NCBI GenBank assembly: GCA_963704645.1
Contig: OY969926.1
Location: 736,001 to 800,000, forward strand
Length of the DNA stretch: 64,000 nt
Origin: an uncultured bacterium
GTDB lineage: Bacteria; Patescibacteriota; JACMRA01
Direction: 5' to 3'
The notes under the pieces are model-generated. The model made no database searches. It was not told the DNA's origin and saw only the letters and a list, made by a program, of their open reading frames with translations. This document shows, piece after piece, positions 28,204-37,930 of this stretch; the stretch's first letter is position 1; each line of letters begins with the position of its first letter. A program made the translations under genes and the position numbers.

Positions 28204-28244
28204 AAGCCAGAAATTGAAAATATTATGGAGATTGTCAATAAACC

Positions 28245-29519
28245 TTAACTAAACGGCCAAAGTTTTTTTAGCATGTTTCCCATTGAATTTCCTGAGTCGT
28301 TGCTAGATGAACGTGTAGGGGAACTTCCTTTGTTTACTTTATAGCTGGCCATATCTTCTGAGTGATATAAAGAATAAGCTGCTAAAGCTATTACATTAAT
28401 AAAAGCCGGGTCGCCGTTGTAATCTGGTACAAATTCTACAACATTTCTATCGAAGGCATATTTAAAAATAGGAAGTTTTAATATATCTTTAGCTATTTCT
28501 TCAATGCCTTTTAAAGCAGAACCTCCTCCAACCAAAACTGCGCCTCCAGGTAGCTGAGAGTTCTTACCAATCTTTCTAAGCTCGCGGTTAATGAACATGA
28601 AAATTTCCTCTACACGGGCTTTGGCTACAGAATTTACTTCACTTATTTTAAAAGTTTCGTTAATTTGTAAGTCTGGGTTATACATTTCAATTTCATCAGC
28701 CTCTAAATTATTTTCTAAGTGAAAATTTACGTACTGCTTCTTAATTTCCTCAGACATTTCCATTGTAGTTTGAAGGCCAACGGCTAAATCTGCAGTAATG
28801 TGATCACTTCCAACTGGAATAACACCACTAGTAAAAATCTCTTCGTTTTCCCAAACTATGTAAGATGTAGAGGTGTAACCAATGTCAATTAAAACAGTTC
28901 CAGCCTTTTTTTGCCTAAGAGAAAGTAAAAAATCTCCAGAGGCAAGTGGAGTAAATATTTGGTTGGAAATTTCTACACCGGCTTGCTGAATTACTTTAGA
29001 AAAATTTCTTAAATAGCTGGTTTCAACACTAACAATTAAAGTTTTTGCTTCAAGTTTAGAGCCAATCATTCCAACAGGATATCTAATTCCTCCTTGATTA
29101 TCTATACTAAAATTTCTGGGTATAACGTGAATAATTTCGCTGTTATTTATACCAAAAGCTTTAGTTAAACTATCTTGAATTACACGGTCAACATCGCTAT
29201 CTAAAATTTCATTATCACTTCGGGAAACAATTATTAGACCATCTGAATTGGTGAAAGAAACAGCCATTCCGTTAATTCCAAACACTGCACGCTTAATTGG
29301 TAGGCCAATAATGCTTTCGGCTTGGTTAACGGTTTCAATTAAAGCTTCTGTGGCTTCGCTCATGTTTGTAACTATACCCTTTCTTATACCATTGCTAGTA
29401 CGCTCTACAAGAGCAAGAATTTGAACTTTATCTTGCTCGTCTAAGGCGTCTTTAGCAATGGCTAATTTAATTGAGTTAGACCCAATATCAATTGCAACTA
29501 AGTAAGGATCTCTAGCCAC
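28245..29519 (-). CDS. ftsA: Cell division protein FtsA
   Basis: AIDIGSNSIK, GIRKG.V.N, P.GM.G..LEA, LIDIG, ITADLA.GL, ARVEEIF, VLVGGGS.L.GI. Confidence 0.95.
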   Translation of the reverse strand: MARDPYLVAIDIGSNSIKLAIAKDALDEQDKVQILALVERTSNGIRKGIVTNMSEATEALIETVNQAESIIGLPIKRAVFGINGMAVSFTNSDGLIIVSRSDNEILDSDVDRVIQDSLTKAFGINNSEIIHVIPRNFSIDNQGGIRYPVGMIGSKLEAKTLIVSVETSYLRNFSKVIQQAGVEISNQIFTPLASGDFLLSLRQKKAGTVLIDIGYTSTSYIVWENEEIFTSGVIPVGSDHITADLAVGLQTTMEMSEEIKKQYVNFHLENNLEADEIEMYNPDLQINETFKISEVNSVAKARVEEIFMFINRELRKIGKNSQLPGGAVLVGGGSALKGIEEIAKDILKLPIFKYAFDRNVVEFVPDYNGDPAFINVIALAAYSLYHSEDMASYKVNKGSSPTRSSSNDSGNSMGNMLKKLWPFS

Positions 29520-29530
29520 AGAACTAATAA

Positions 29531-29743
29531 TTATTTTTTACTAAGCCTATCTAGAACGGTTTGGTTTTCAAGGTAATTAGCTTGGCGCATTGCCTTTCTC
29601 TTTTTTTCTAAGTCAGAAAGGGGTTTTTCTGTATGCTTAGTTTTTCTTTTGCGAGCAATCAAGTTGCTTTTTTTAACTCTTTTAAGGAATAAACTAACAA
29701 CTTTTTGGTTAGAGTCTTCGCGGTTTTTTTTAACAAAAATCAT
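29531..29743 (-). CDS. rpsU: 30S ribosomal protein bS21-like
   Basis: 70 aa, highly basic; V.K...S......F.KRVKKS.L......H.EKP.S pattern. Confidence 0.7.
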   Translation of the reverse strand: MIFVKKNREDSNQKVVSLFLKRVKKSNLIARKRKTKHTEKPLSDLEKKRKAMRQANYLENQTVLDRLSKK

Positions 29744-29814
29744 AATATATGGTATGGGAATAAAATTTTAACCTGTCAACGATGGTAAATAATTTGGAAA
29801 TTTTTGGTACCCAA

Positions 29815-30177
29815 TTATTTATCTTTATCTTCAAATTTAGTAAAGAAGATACCAACTAAGGTAATTGCTGGAATTAATAATGCTGTCCAGACAAGGCCAG
29901 ACTTGCTTGTGAAAGATAGCAAATAAGGTGTGAATGTTTGAATTATTGCTAAAACGAACAAACCTAAAATTACTATTTTTGTATTAACAACTTCAAGTTT
30001 TGGATATTGTTTTTCTTTGGAAAGAAGACTTAAAATTAAAGTTACTATTCCTACAATAACAAAGCTTAATTTTGCTGAAATACTGCTATCTGTGTCTACA
30101 AGCCATGGTAAAACTAAATTCAATAAACCTAAAACGTAGCTTAAGTATATGAAATAAGGGTAGGGTATTAGATTCAT
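29815..30177 (-). CDS. 4-TM membrane protein (SPW-repeat-like)
   Basis: Two hydrophobic hairpins containing LPW and TPY. Confidence 0.7.
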   Translation of the reverse strand: MNLIPYPYFIYLSYVLGLLNLVLPWLVDTDSSISAKLSFVIVGIVTLILSLLSKEKQYPKLEVVNTKIVILGLFVLAIIQTFTPYLLSFTSKSGLVWTALLIPAITLVGIFFTKFEDKDK

Positions 30178-30190
30178 AAAAGGTAAAAAA

Positions 30191-30568
30191 TTATACTGCA
30201 GCTTTAACTGGTTTAGTTCTAACAGATTTAGCTGGATCTTTAATATCTCTTAGGTTGTAAAGTTTAGATCTTCTTCCTCTTTGTAAAGGTGTGGTTAATA
30301 CAACTTTTGAAATTAATGGAGAGTGTAATGGGAAAACCCTTTCAACTTTAATTCCTGCTGTGGCATTTTTTAGAACTGTGAAAGTTCCATCGGAACCCAT
30401 ACCATGCTTCATGCTGATTATAACTCCGCTGAAAACCTGGATTCTTTCTTTATCACCTTCAATAATTCTGTAGTGTACATCAACACTGCTTCCTGGCTTA
30501 AGTTGTGGTAGATCGTTTCTGAGTTGAGCCTTAACCACAGAACTATTCAAAATCTTTAAATTGGACAT
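30191..30568 (-). CDS. rplS: 50S ribosomal protein bL19
   Basis: IIEGDKERIQVFSGVII, VERVFPLHSP, RRSKLY.LR. Confidence 0.96.
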   Translation of the reverse strand: MSNLKILNSSVVKAQLRNDLPQLKPGSSVDVHYRIIEGDKERIQVFSGVIISMKHGMGSDGTFTVLKNATAGIKVERVFPLHSPLISKVVLTTPLQRGRRSKLYNLRDIKDPAKSVRTKPVKAAV

Positions 30569-30686
30569 AGACTATTCATTTAAAAGAAAGAAAAGTTATT
30601 GCTTTAGTCAAGCCTATACTTGACACAACTTACGAATCGGGGAAGTTTTAATAGTTTTTCCGTTAAAATCAAATTAATATAAATAT

Positions 30687-31268
30687 ATGTATGTAGACCC
30701 TAAACAAGCCGAGTTCGTTGAGGCGAATACCTTTGCTAAGCAATTTTCGTTGCGTCATGTTTTTCGTGCTGGAGCCATAATTTGGTGCAAATATAGAGGA
30801 AAAGATTACTATGTAGTTTTTAAATCTATTACCAGACCTAATCGTGGCACGCAATTACCTGGTGGTAGAATAGAACGTAGCGAAAACTTTGCTGAAACAA
30901 TATTAAGAGAAGTTCAAGAAGAGAGTGGAATTCAAACCAGAATTATCTGTCCTTTGGGCTTTTTGTATTACGAAAATGCAGCCGATAATTATTCTAATAT
31001 GCAACTTTATTATATTGTTCGCCCGTTATTTAAAGTTGATGTTTTTAAGAAGTGGAAGCATGTCGATAAAGATTTAACCAAGCAAGAACTAGAATGTTGG
31101 TGTGTAGATGTGGAAGAGCCTACCAATTTTTTGGCTGCCGGCCAAGCTCAAGTTGTAGAAATGTTCAAAGTTTGGCTAAAAGACCATAAAAAGAAGACTG
31201 ATGGGCATAAAAAAGATAAAGGAAATGATAAAGTAACTAATGAAGTTATTAGTAAGATAGAAGTTTAG
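30687..31268 (+). CDS. NUDIX hydrolase
   Basis: LPGGRIERSENFAETILREVQEESGI Nudix box. Confidence 0.9.
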   Translation: MYVDPKQAEFVEANTFAKQFSLRHVFRAGAIIWCKYRGKDYYVVFKSITRPNRGTQLPGGRIERSENFAETILREVQEESGIQTRIICPLGFLYYENAADNYSNMQLYYIVRPLFKVDVFKKWKHVDKDLTKQELECWCVDVEEPTNFLAAGQAQVVEMFKVWLKDHKKKTDGHKKDKGNDKVTNEVISKIEV

Positions 31269-31291
31269 TTTCTATAAAAATGTATATTTTA

Positions 31292-31314
31292 CCACCCGTA
31301 AGGGGTGGATTTTT
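31292..31314 (+). terminator. Rho-independent terminator
   Basis: CCACCC-gtaag-GGGTGG plus T tract. Confidence 0.7.
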
Positions 31315-31462
31315 AGTATTAGAATTTCTTTTTAAAAGGTTGCTGTAATTCCTATTAATCCCCACCACCACTAATCAGTCCAAAAATGAACACAAAATAT
31401 CTTGGACATATATAAGCTTTATCTGAAGAATTGATCATTCACAATTCAGATACAGACTATTT

Positions 31463-34400
31463 ATGAACAAAGATAAATTAAACTTTTTAAAACACAATTG
31501 GCAGAAAAGTCTCTCTCCATCAATTACTATCTTTCTAACAACATTAACCATCCTAACCCCAATACTCTCGCTAACAACAAGTGCTAAAACTACATTTAAT
31601 AACTATGATGAAAGTAAAATTAAATATGGAAGGGATAAAGCTAATTACAGTAATACAAAAACAGGAGAATCAACATCTTCCTCTACATCTAATGCCTCTG
31701 GAGACCAGGGTACACAGGAACCTATTGAGACTTCGCCGACTCTTCCGCCAAACAAACTAACCATCCAAAGCACAGGCTGTTATTACATTTCAAGAATAAG
31801 TAATGATGGAGCAGGAGGTAAACTTTACCTTGTAGGAAAAAACGATGATGGTTCAGATAAACTAATTTCAGATAATTACAATAACCTTACTACAAAATCA
31901 GATTCTATTCTTCTAGGAAACTTCCTTTCAGGCCAAGACCTAATTCTAAAAATAACTCCCTTCTACTCACAGTCTCCTAAAATAATTCTTTCTACAGATT
32001 CCAGCAGAGTAAAACAAGTAAACTTAGGAAACAATTCATTTTCTCTTTCGTTTGAAGATTGGCTAGACTATGACTTTAATGATATTGTGCTTAAAGTAGA
32101 GAAGGGTGTTTGTGAAGGCGAAGTTCTCGAAACACCCCAAAGTCCTGAGCCTCCAAGTAATCCAGAACCACTTGTCACACCAACTCCTCAGCCCACAGTT
32201 CCTCCAACTCAGCCAGAGACTCCAATAACAGAGCAAGAAAAACAGAAGAGGCTAGAAGAATGGAAAAGACCTGGGGCCCAAACTCCTACTAGGCCTACAA
32301 TACCTACACCTAAACCAACACTTCCGCAGGTTCCAAACGCCAGTCCAGTAATTCCAAGCGTGAATGAGGTTTCATCAATGCCGATTGCCTCTTCTTCACC
32401 TATCTCAAAACCTAGTGCCTCTGGAGACCAGGGGGTCTCCGCTACTTTGGCACCTACTACCTCCGCTGCACTTCCCACTCAAAAAACCACAGCTGCCTCG
32501 TCTCCAACAACTTCTCTTACAACTACTGCCACACCTCTCGGGCCGGAACTGACGCTGAGCCAAGCTCAGCTCGCACCAGCTACCATAACAGGAACTCCCT
32601 TATACAACGAATGTAACTACCCAGAACTTCCCTACGATAACTGGTGTGCTCAATATTACAACAACAATCCTTACACAGGAATAATGTCTTATTCTGAAAA
32701 CTATTATCCTGCTAGAGATTACTTAGGAAGAACAGATTACATTAATAAAAATTGGGGAACAGGAAATCCTGGAGGAGTAACACCTAATGATTACTTCTCT
32801 GCTAAATTTAGTAAAAAACAATGGTTTGAATCAGGTCATTACAAATTCTATACAGGTTACGACGATGGAATGAAATTAGTTATTAATGGAAATATTATTC
32901 TAGACAAATGGGAAAACCCAGCCGCAGATACAGACACCAGAATAGATCTACCAACAGGCTGGCACATAATGGAAGTATATTACCAAGAAAAAACTGGAGG
33001 AGCTAAACTAACCCTTTCTTGGGAACTAGCTTGTAAAACCAACAACAACTTCTCAGACTGGTGTGTAGAATTCTACCCTAATAAATACCAAACAGGAATA
33101 CCTGTAAAACCAGTAACCAGACTAGGGGACTTTTGGGATGATAACTGGGGGAATAATAATCCTACTGTAAACTTAACTAAGGGAGGAATAAATTCTTTTT
33201 CAGGAACTTACCTAAACTCACCTTCAGGAATAAGCTCCCTTCCAACAGATAACTTTTCTGGTTACTTTACCAAAATGCATTATTTCCCGGCCTCCACATT
33301 CACTTTCATTTCAAAGGCTGATGACGGAACTGAAATTATATTAGACGGAACTAGGATAATTAATCAACCAGGGTGTTGTTCTGAAACTCGAACAGACAGA
33401 TATCTTGCTGGAGGTTGGTATCTTCTTCAGGTTAAGTTTAGGGAAGATGCTGGACAGGCCGCTTTTGCTTTGAGGTGGGAGTATACGGATAAAACCCCTC
33501 CTGCAGGTTATATAACCAATCCTCCACCAGGAGTAAACTATATGGGTGTGGTGGGAAATAGTTTTACAGTAACAGCTAACCCATATGATCAAGGAGCAAT
33601 TCAATCTGGAATAGCCAGTGTAGACTTCTTTGCTTACTACGATAATTCCTTAAAGTATTTAGGAACATCATACAACACAGGTGGAATTCCATTGTATTCT
33701 GCCAACTTAGATTTAACCAAACTTTCTAAATACAATACAGGAAGCCAGGATATTGAACTTTCTATTACTGTAAAAGACAAAGCTGGTAACTTTACTACAG
33801 TAGCAGGGGGAAGTAGGTGGATAACATACAATTACTCCAATGTTATTGAACAAAGTTTTACAGTGAATGATGGGTACAATAATTATACCTCAGCCAATCT
33901 TCGAATAGAGAATCCTAATATTACAGGAAATGCTCCTTTATTAAAAGCTAGTTATGCTACTTCAGGTCAAAATAGAAATGTTTGGATTGTTAGTCATGGG
34001 ATGAATAATAGTAGGGATAATATGACTGATTTAGCCTCAGCCATAATTCAAAACACCAAAGAGGTTAATGGAACTGAAGATATCTTACTTACCTTAGATT
34101 GGAGACAAGGAGCTAATTCTGGTCTTGCAAACCCAACAGATACAGACAAATGGATTGAACCTACTGCTATTCAAATAAAAAAGAAACTTACAGATTGGGG
34201 ATTTACTAACAAAGATAAACTATTTTTAATGGGCCATTCTATGGGAACAATAATGTCTGCTGAAATTAGTTCACAATTTGGCAACCAAGCTAAACTGCTA
34301 ATTGCTCTAGACCCTCCAAGAAGCACAGCCCCAACAGGCCAATTTACCACTAACGATGTGACAGGTAGAACATTCAATTCATTTGCAGGTAGGGCTCAAA

Positions 34401-35080
34401 GAACAGTTGCCTACGTTGGAAGAGGCTATTTAAGTGGATCAATTTGTGGAAGCTATGCCTTTACAACCACAGCAAATGAAGCTTACCAAGTATACCTTCC
34501 AGAGCAAAATGATACAACTGCGGTTTGCCCTGCCCATGGAAGTGTAGTAAAAAGCATAGCCAGTATGTATAGAGATAGAAGAATACAAAACAACCTTCTA
34601 GGCATAAACAACACAACTGCAGGAACATACACAAGAACAAGGCTAATAGATGATGTTTACCCAATAGATGTAAATGGAATGATTTATGCTACCCAAGACA
34701 GTAACATTCAATACTTAGCCTATTTACAAAACAATAGAATAAACTTAGTTGGTAAAACACCTAGAGTTAGTGAACTTACAGAATATTGGTTAAAAGGTTT
34801 TCCTTATTATATAACCAATATTCCAAACTTCTCTGCAAACAGTGAAAGAATAGGCTTAATAACCACTGGCCCAAACAGCACTTACTACAAATACCAAATA
34901 TTAAATATCAATAACAAACCTATGATTCAAATTTCCACCAAATCTACATATGCAGATAACTATACTCCATTTACAGACTTTGCTGAGGTTGGTGGTGGTA
35001 GAGCTAATTATCTTGATATGACTGAAGAATTAAATAAACTAAACTCAACTGGAACAAGCTCAATGTTCATTAGAAAATAG
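31463..35080 (+). CDS. Secreted multidomain protein: Pro/Thr linker, two PA14 domains, Ig-like domain, C-terminal alpha/beta-hydrolase (lipase-like)
   Basis: FEDWLDYDFND; two D.FS..F....F..G.Y.F....DDG repeats (PA14); DKTPP...D.AGN; SHGM, LTLDW, GHSMG and ALDP. Confidence 0.85.
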   Translation: MNKDKLNFLKHNWQKSLSPSITIFLTTLTILTPILSLTTSAKTTFNNYDESKIKYGRDKANYSNTKTGESTSSSTSNASGDQGTQEPIETSPTLPPNKLTIQSTGCYYISRISNDGAGGKLYLVGKNDDGSDKLISDNYNNLTTKSDSILLGNFLSGQDLILKITPFYSQSPKIILSTDSSRVKQVNLGNNSFSLSFEDWLDYDFNDIVLKVEKGVCEGEVLETPQSPEPPSNPEPLVTPTPQPTVPPTQPETPITEQEKQKRLEEWKRPGAQTPTRPTIPTPKPTLPQVPNASPVIPSVNEVSSMPIASSSPISKPSASGDQGVSATLAPTTSAALPTQKTTAASSPTTSLTTTATPLGPELTLSQAQLAPATITGTPLYNECNYPELPYDNWCAQYYNNNPYTGIMSYSENYYPARDYLGRTDYINKNWGTGNPGGVTPNDYFSAKFSKKQWFESGHYKFYTGYDDGMKLVINGNIILDKWENPAADTDTRIDLPTGWHIMEVYYQEKTGGAKLTLSWELACKTNNNFSDWCVEFYPNKYQTGIPVKPVTRLGDFWDDNWGNNNPTVNLTKGGINSFSGTYLNSPSGISSLPTDNFSGYFTKMHYFPASTFTFISKADDGTEIILDGTRIINQPGCCSETRTDRYLAGGWYLLQVKFREDAGQAAFALRWEYTDKTPPAGYITNPPPGVNYMGVVGNSFTVTANPYDQGAIQSGIASVDFFAYYDNSLKYLGTSYNTGGIPLYSANLDLTKLSKYNTGSQDIELSITVKDKAGNFTTVAGGSRWITYNYSNVIEQSFTVNDGYNNYTSANLRIENPNITGNAPLLKASYATSGQNRNVWIVSHGMNNSRDNMTDLASAIIQNTKEVNGTEDILLTLDWRQGANSGLANPTDTDKWIEPTAIQIKKKLTDWGFTNKDKLFLMGHSMGTIMSAEISSQFGNQAKLLIALDPPRSTAPTGQFTTNDVTGRTFNSFAGRAQRTVAYVGRGYLSGSICGSYAFTTTANEAYQVYLPEQNDTTAVCPAHGSVVKSIASMYRDRRIQNNLLGINNTTAGTYTRTRLIDDVYPIDVNGMIYATQDSNIQYLAYLQNNRINLVGKTPRVSELTEYWLKGFPYYITNIPNFSANSERIGLITTGPNSTYYKYQILNINNKPMIQISTKSTYADNYTPFTDFAEVGGGRANYLDMTEELNKLNSTGTSSMFIRK

Positions 35081-35083
35081 CAT

Positions 35084-35632
35084 ATGAACAACTCTAAAAC
35101 AATTAAAATTGTGTTAATATCATTAGCACTACTGATTTCCTTAATTACTTTTTCAGTAATAATAATACCTTTTCAGCTTGGTATTCCTGAAAAAAGTTTA
35201 AAGAATGAATATGATAATGGTTTAGTATTTTCAGGATTCGGTAAACCAATACCTGATGGCTACAACTATATTTCAAGTAAAAAAAATCATAGACTAGTAT
35301 TAAGTAAAATTGATATACTTAAACCAATATATACACTTGTCTATTCTTATACTGATGAAAGTGTAAATGACAGGTTCAGCATTGAAATTATTCAATACGA
35401 ACGAGTAAGTTTAATAAATTGGAAAATAACAGGCAAACTTTCAGGCAATATTAAAAACAAACCCTTCTCCGAAGCAGTAGCCTTAGCGCAAAAATATGAC
35501 TTATCTAAAGAAAACCCAGACCCAGAAAATATTACTGTGTTTTCTCCACTGCAGCCTTCTTCAAGCTCAGAAACTGTGGTTTACCCACAAGGTGTAACTC
35601 TACCAAATCAGACTAGTTTAGAAAATAAATAG
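35084..35632 (+). CDS. Membrane-anchored hypothetical protein
   Basis: 182 aa with N-terminal TM; starts 3 nt after the hydrolase gene. Confidence 0.75.
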   Translation: MNNSKTIKIVLISLALLISLITFSVIIIPFQLGIPEKSLKNEYDNGLVFSGFGKPIPDGYNYISSKKNHRLVLSKIDILKPIYTLVYSYTDESVNDRFSIEIIQYERVSLINWKITGKLSGNIKNKPFSEAVALAQKYDLSKENPDPENITVFSPLQPSSSSETVVYPQGVTLPNQTSLENK

Positions 35633-35868
35633 CAAAATATAGTAAGAATAGGTCTGTTCATGAAAAATGCTAGTAGCTAATTCATTATGAGAGTATATAT
35701 TTTAATAGTTTGGATACACCTTTAGAAGTAGAAAAAAGAAGGTTAGACCTCTGAATAGTTTAAAAAGCAAAAGCAGAGATTCTGCAGCTTTATATTAAAT
35801 ACATCCTAAAAAAGTTCTAAGGTTAGTTAATTCTTCTGTGGTGTGGTTTTATGCAAGATGACTGGAAC

Positions 35869-37080
35869 TTAAATTGTTCCTTTTTCAGACATTATAATAG
35901 CTTCAGAATTGTCTGGATATGAAGCCTGGTTGATAATTCTAAAACCAACATTATTTAATTCGTCTACGAATTGCTCTAGCTTGTAGCTGTGGTAGTTCCA
36001 AACAATTATGTCATCTCCTTTGTTCAAAGAAATTCTTTTTTCTTTTGATTGAAGCTGAAAAACAATATCTAGATCTACAATTAATCTTAGACATAACACA
36101 TAACTTTGTATTACTTCGTTAAAGTTTACTTCAAGTGTGTAAAGTTCTTCTTCTATTCCCATTAATTCAGGAATCCAACTTGATTCTTCAACAATGGAAT
36201 GTTTTTTTGCATGCCTCTTAATTGCGTCAACTTCCCCTGGAGTTTCAATTCCGCTATTAATCCATAGGAAATCGTCTTGGCTCATACTATCATAAAAGTT
36301 TTTATAGACTCGGTGCCTATCATAGAAGTTTCCTATTGTTGATCCTAAAAACAGAACAATGTTGCAAGAAGACTTTTCTTCACGGTGCTTATTAAAAAAT
36401 AATTGATCTCTTATAATATCGTAATCTATATCCGTAAGTATATACTCAGCATCTAAGTTTGGGTACCATTGTTCTATATTTTTTTGTAAAATCTGCAGCA
36501 TCGATGAACTAATGTCCATTCCAGTATATTTAATATCTTTCTTTAACTCTATAAGCTTGTTTAAAATTGGTTTAGCAATATAGCCATTACCTGGGCCGAT
36601 ATCAATAATGTTTACTTTGTCATATTTTTTAATTTTTAAGTCTAAATAACTTAATGTAGAGTTTATCAAAATTTCCTCCTTTTTGTTGTAAGAATATTCT
36701 TCATTATTCAAATCAGCAATTATATAATTGTCCCACATTTTTGCACCTTTATCAAAATATGTATACTTTAACGGAATTAATTTATCATTTTCTAGATTTG
36801 TAATAATTTCAATAGTTTCGGACTGGTTAAAAATTTTGTAAAACTTGCTACTAACTTCCACTTCTACCCTACCTCCTTTGCCTATATGCTTTTTCCCTTT
36901 TTCTATAAGCTGTTTTATAATTTTTCGGTTATGCTCAGAGTCTACTAAAACGGTTTTAGTTCCAACAGTTGCTAGGTTTAAATTCACCTTGTTTTTTTCG
37001 GTTGCAATTATCCAGTTGTGAATTGTGGTAGGTGAAACATGAAATTCTTTTGCTGCTTCAGATTTTGTCCAGAATGACAT
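35869..37080 (-). CDS. N-terminal HTH fused to an EgtD-like (Methyltransf_33) SAM-dependent methyltransferase
   Basis: WTKSEAAKEFHVSPTTIHNWI; IPLKYTYFDKGA..W; IIDIGPGNG; MDIS..ML; FLGSTIGN; SYK. Confidence 0.85.
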   Translation of the reverse strand: MSFWTKSEAAKEFHVSPTTIHNWIIATEKNKVNLNLATVGTKTVLVDSEHNRKIIKQLIEKGKKHIGKGGRVEVEVSSKFYKIFNQSETIEIITNLENDKLIPLKYTYFDKGAKMWDNYIIADLNNEEYSYNKKEEILINSTLSYLDLKIKKYDKVNIIDIGPGNGYIAKPILNKLIELKKDIKYTGMDISSSMLQILQKNIEQWYPNLDAEYILTDIDYDIIRDQLFFNKHREEKSSCNIVLFLGSTIGNFYDRHRVYKNFYDSMSQDDFLWINSGIETPGEVDAIKRHAKKHSIVEESSWIPELMGIEEELYTLEVNFNEVIQSYVLCLRLIVDLDIVFQLQSKEKRISLNKGDDIIVWNYHSYKLEQFVDELNNVGFRIINQASYPDNSEAIIMSEKGTI

Positions 37081-37232
37081 AAAGTGGTGATTTGTAAGGT
37101 GTTATTGTGTTAAAAATTTAACGATTAAAAATGATGCTGTTTGACAACATTGGATTTATTATTAAATGTTCATTCGCCAAAGAAATTACAACAATTTTTT
37201 ATGTTTGATTTTTAAAAGTCTTTTGTGAATTT

Positions 37233-37412
37233 ATGATGAAAAATAATAAACCCGTTAGTTTAAGTATAAAAAAGAATGATGACAGAGTTGTAACTAATCT
37301 CTTAGTTCTTATTCAAGAATTAGAGCTTGCTATTGCTTTGTCTCCAGTGCTTTCTTCAAGTCAAGCTAGACAATTGGAAGCAGCCATTATTAAACTTGTC
37401 AAACAAATTTAA
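37233..37412 (+). CDS. Putative small protein (59 aa), TAATG-coupled to a 25-aa ORF (37412-37489)
   Basis: MMKNNKPV...LVLIQELELAIALSP...LEAAIIKLVKQI, amphipathic helices; TTGACA upstream at 37141. Confidence 0.45.
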   Translation: MMKNNKPVSLSIKKNDDRVVTNLLVLIQELELAIALSPVLSSSQARQLEAAIIKLVKQI

Positions 37413-37930
37413 TGGAAACACTTAACAAGTTAACTTCAACAACAATTTTGAATATAAAATATTTAACAAACAACACTGGAGAAATTTAAATTATTATAAA
37501 ACCTTTATAATCCTTAGCTTTCTCAAAAAAAACCTTTCAACTTCAACAAAATATTCTACCCTACAAGTGTTTAAGGAAAAAGTAGTGCAATATTTACCAA
37601 CATGGAATTAATAAGCTTTAGAATAGTAATATTCATAAAAAGTAAAAGAACTATTTCCAAGTACAATTATAAAAAAGAATAAAACAATTACGTGATACTC
37701 TAAATGGTAGTAGCAGAGGCTTCACACACTTTATTTGATTAAAAGTTATAATGCGTTTCGTGTTAATTTTAAAAAACCAGTAGTAGCAAAGTCTCTGAGT
37801 TATAAAGCTATAATTGTCATAAGTACAAATTCATTTTGTTTCTTCCATCGGTTTGGTACAATGAATTGTGAGTTTTGACATATCAATTTTTCTAAATAAT
37901 TGTAAGGCATAATCTTAATTCAACTTAAAC

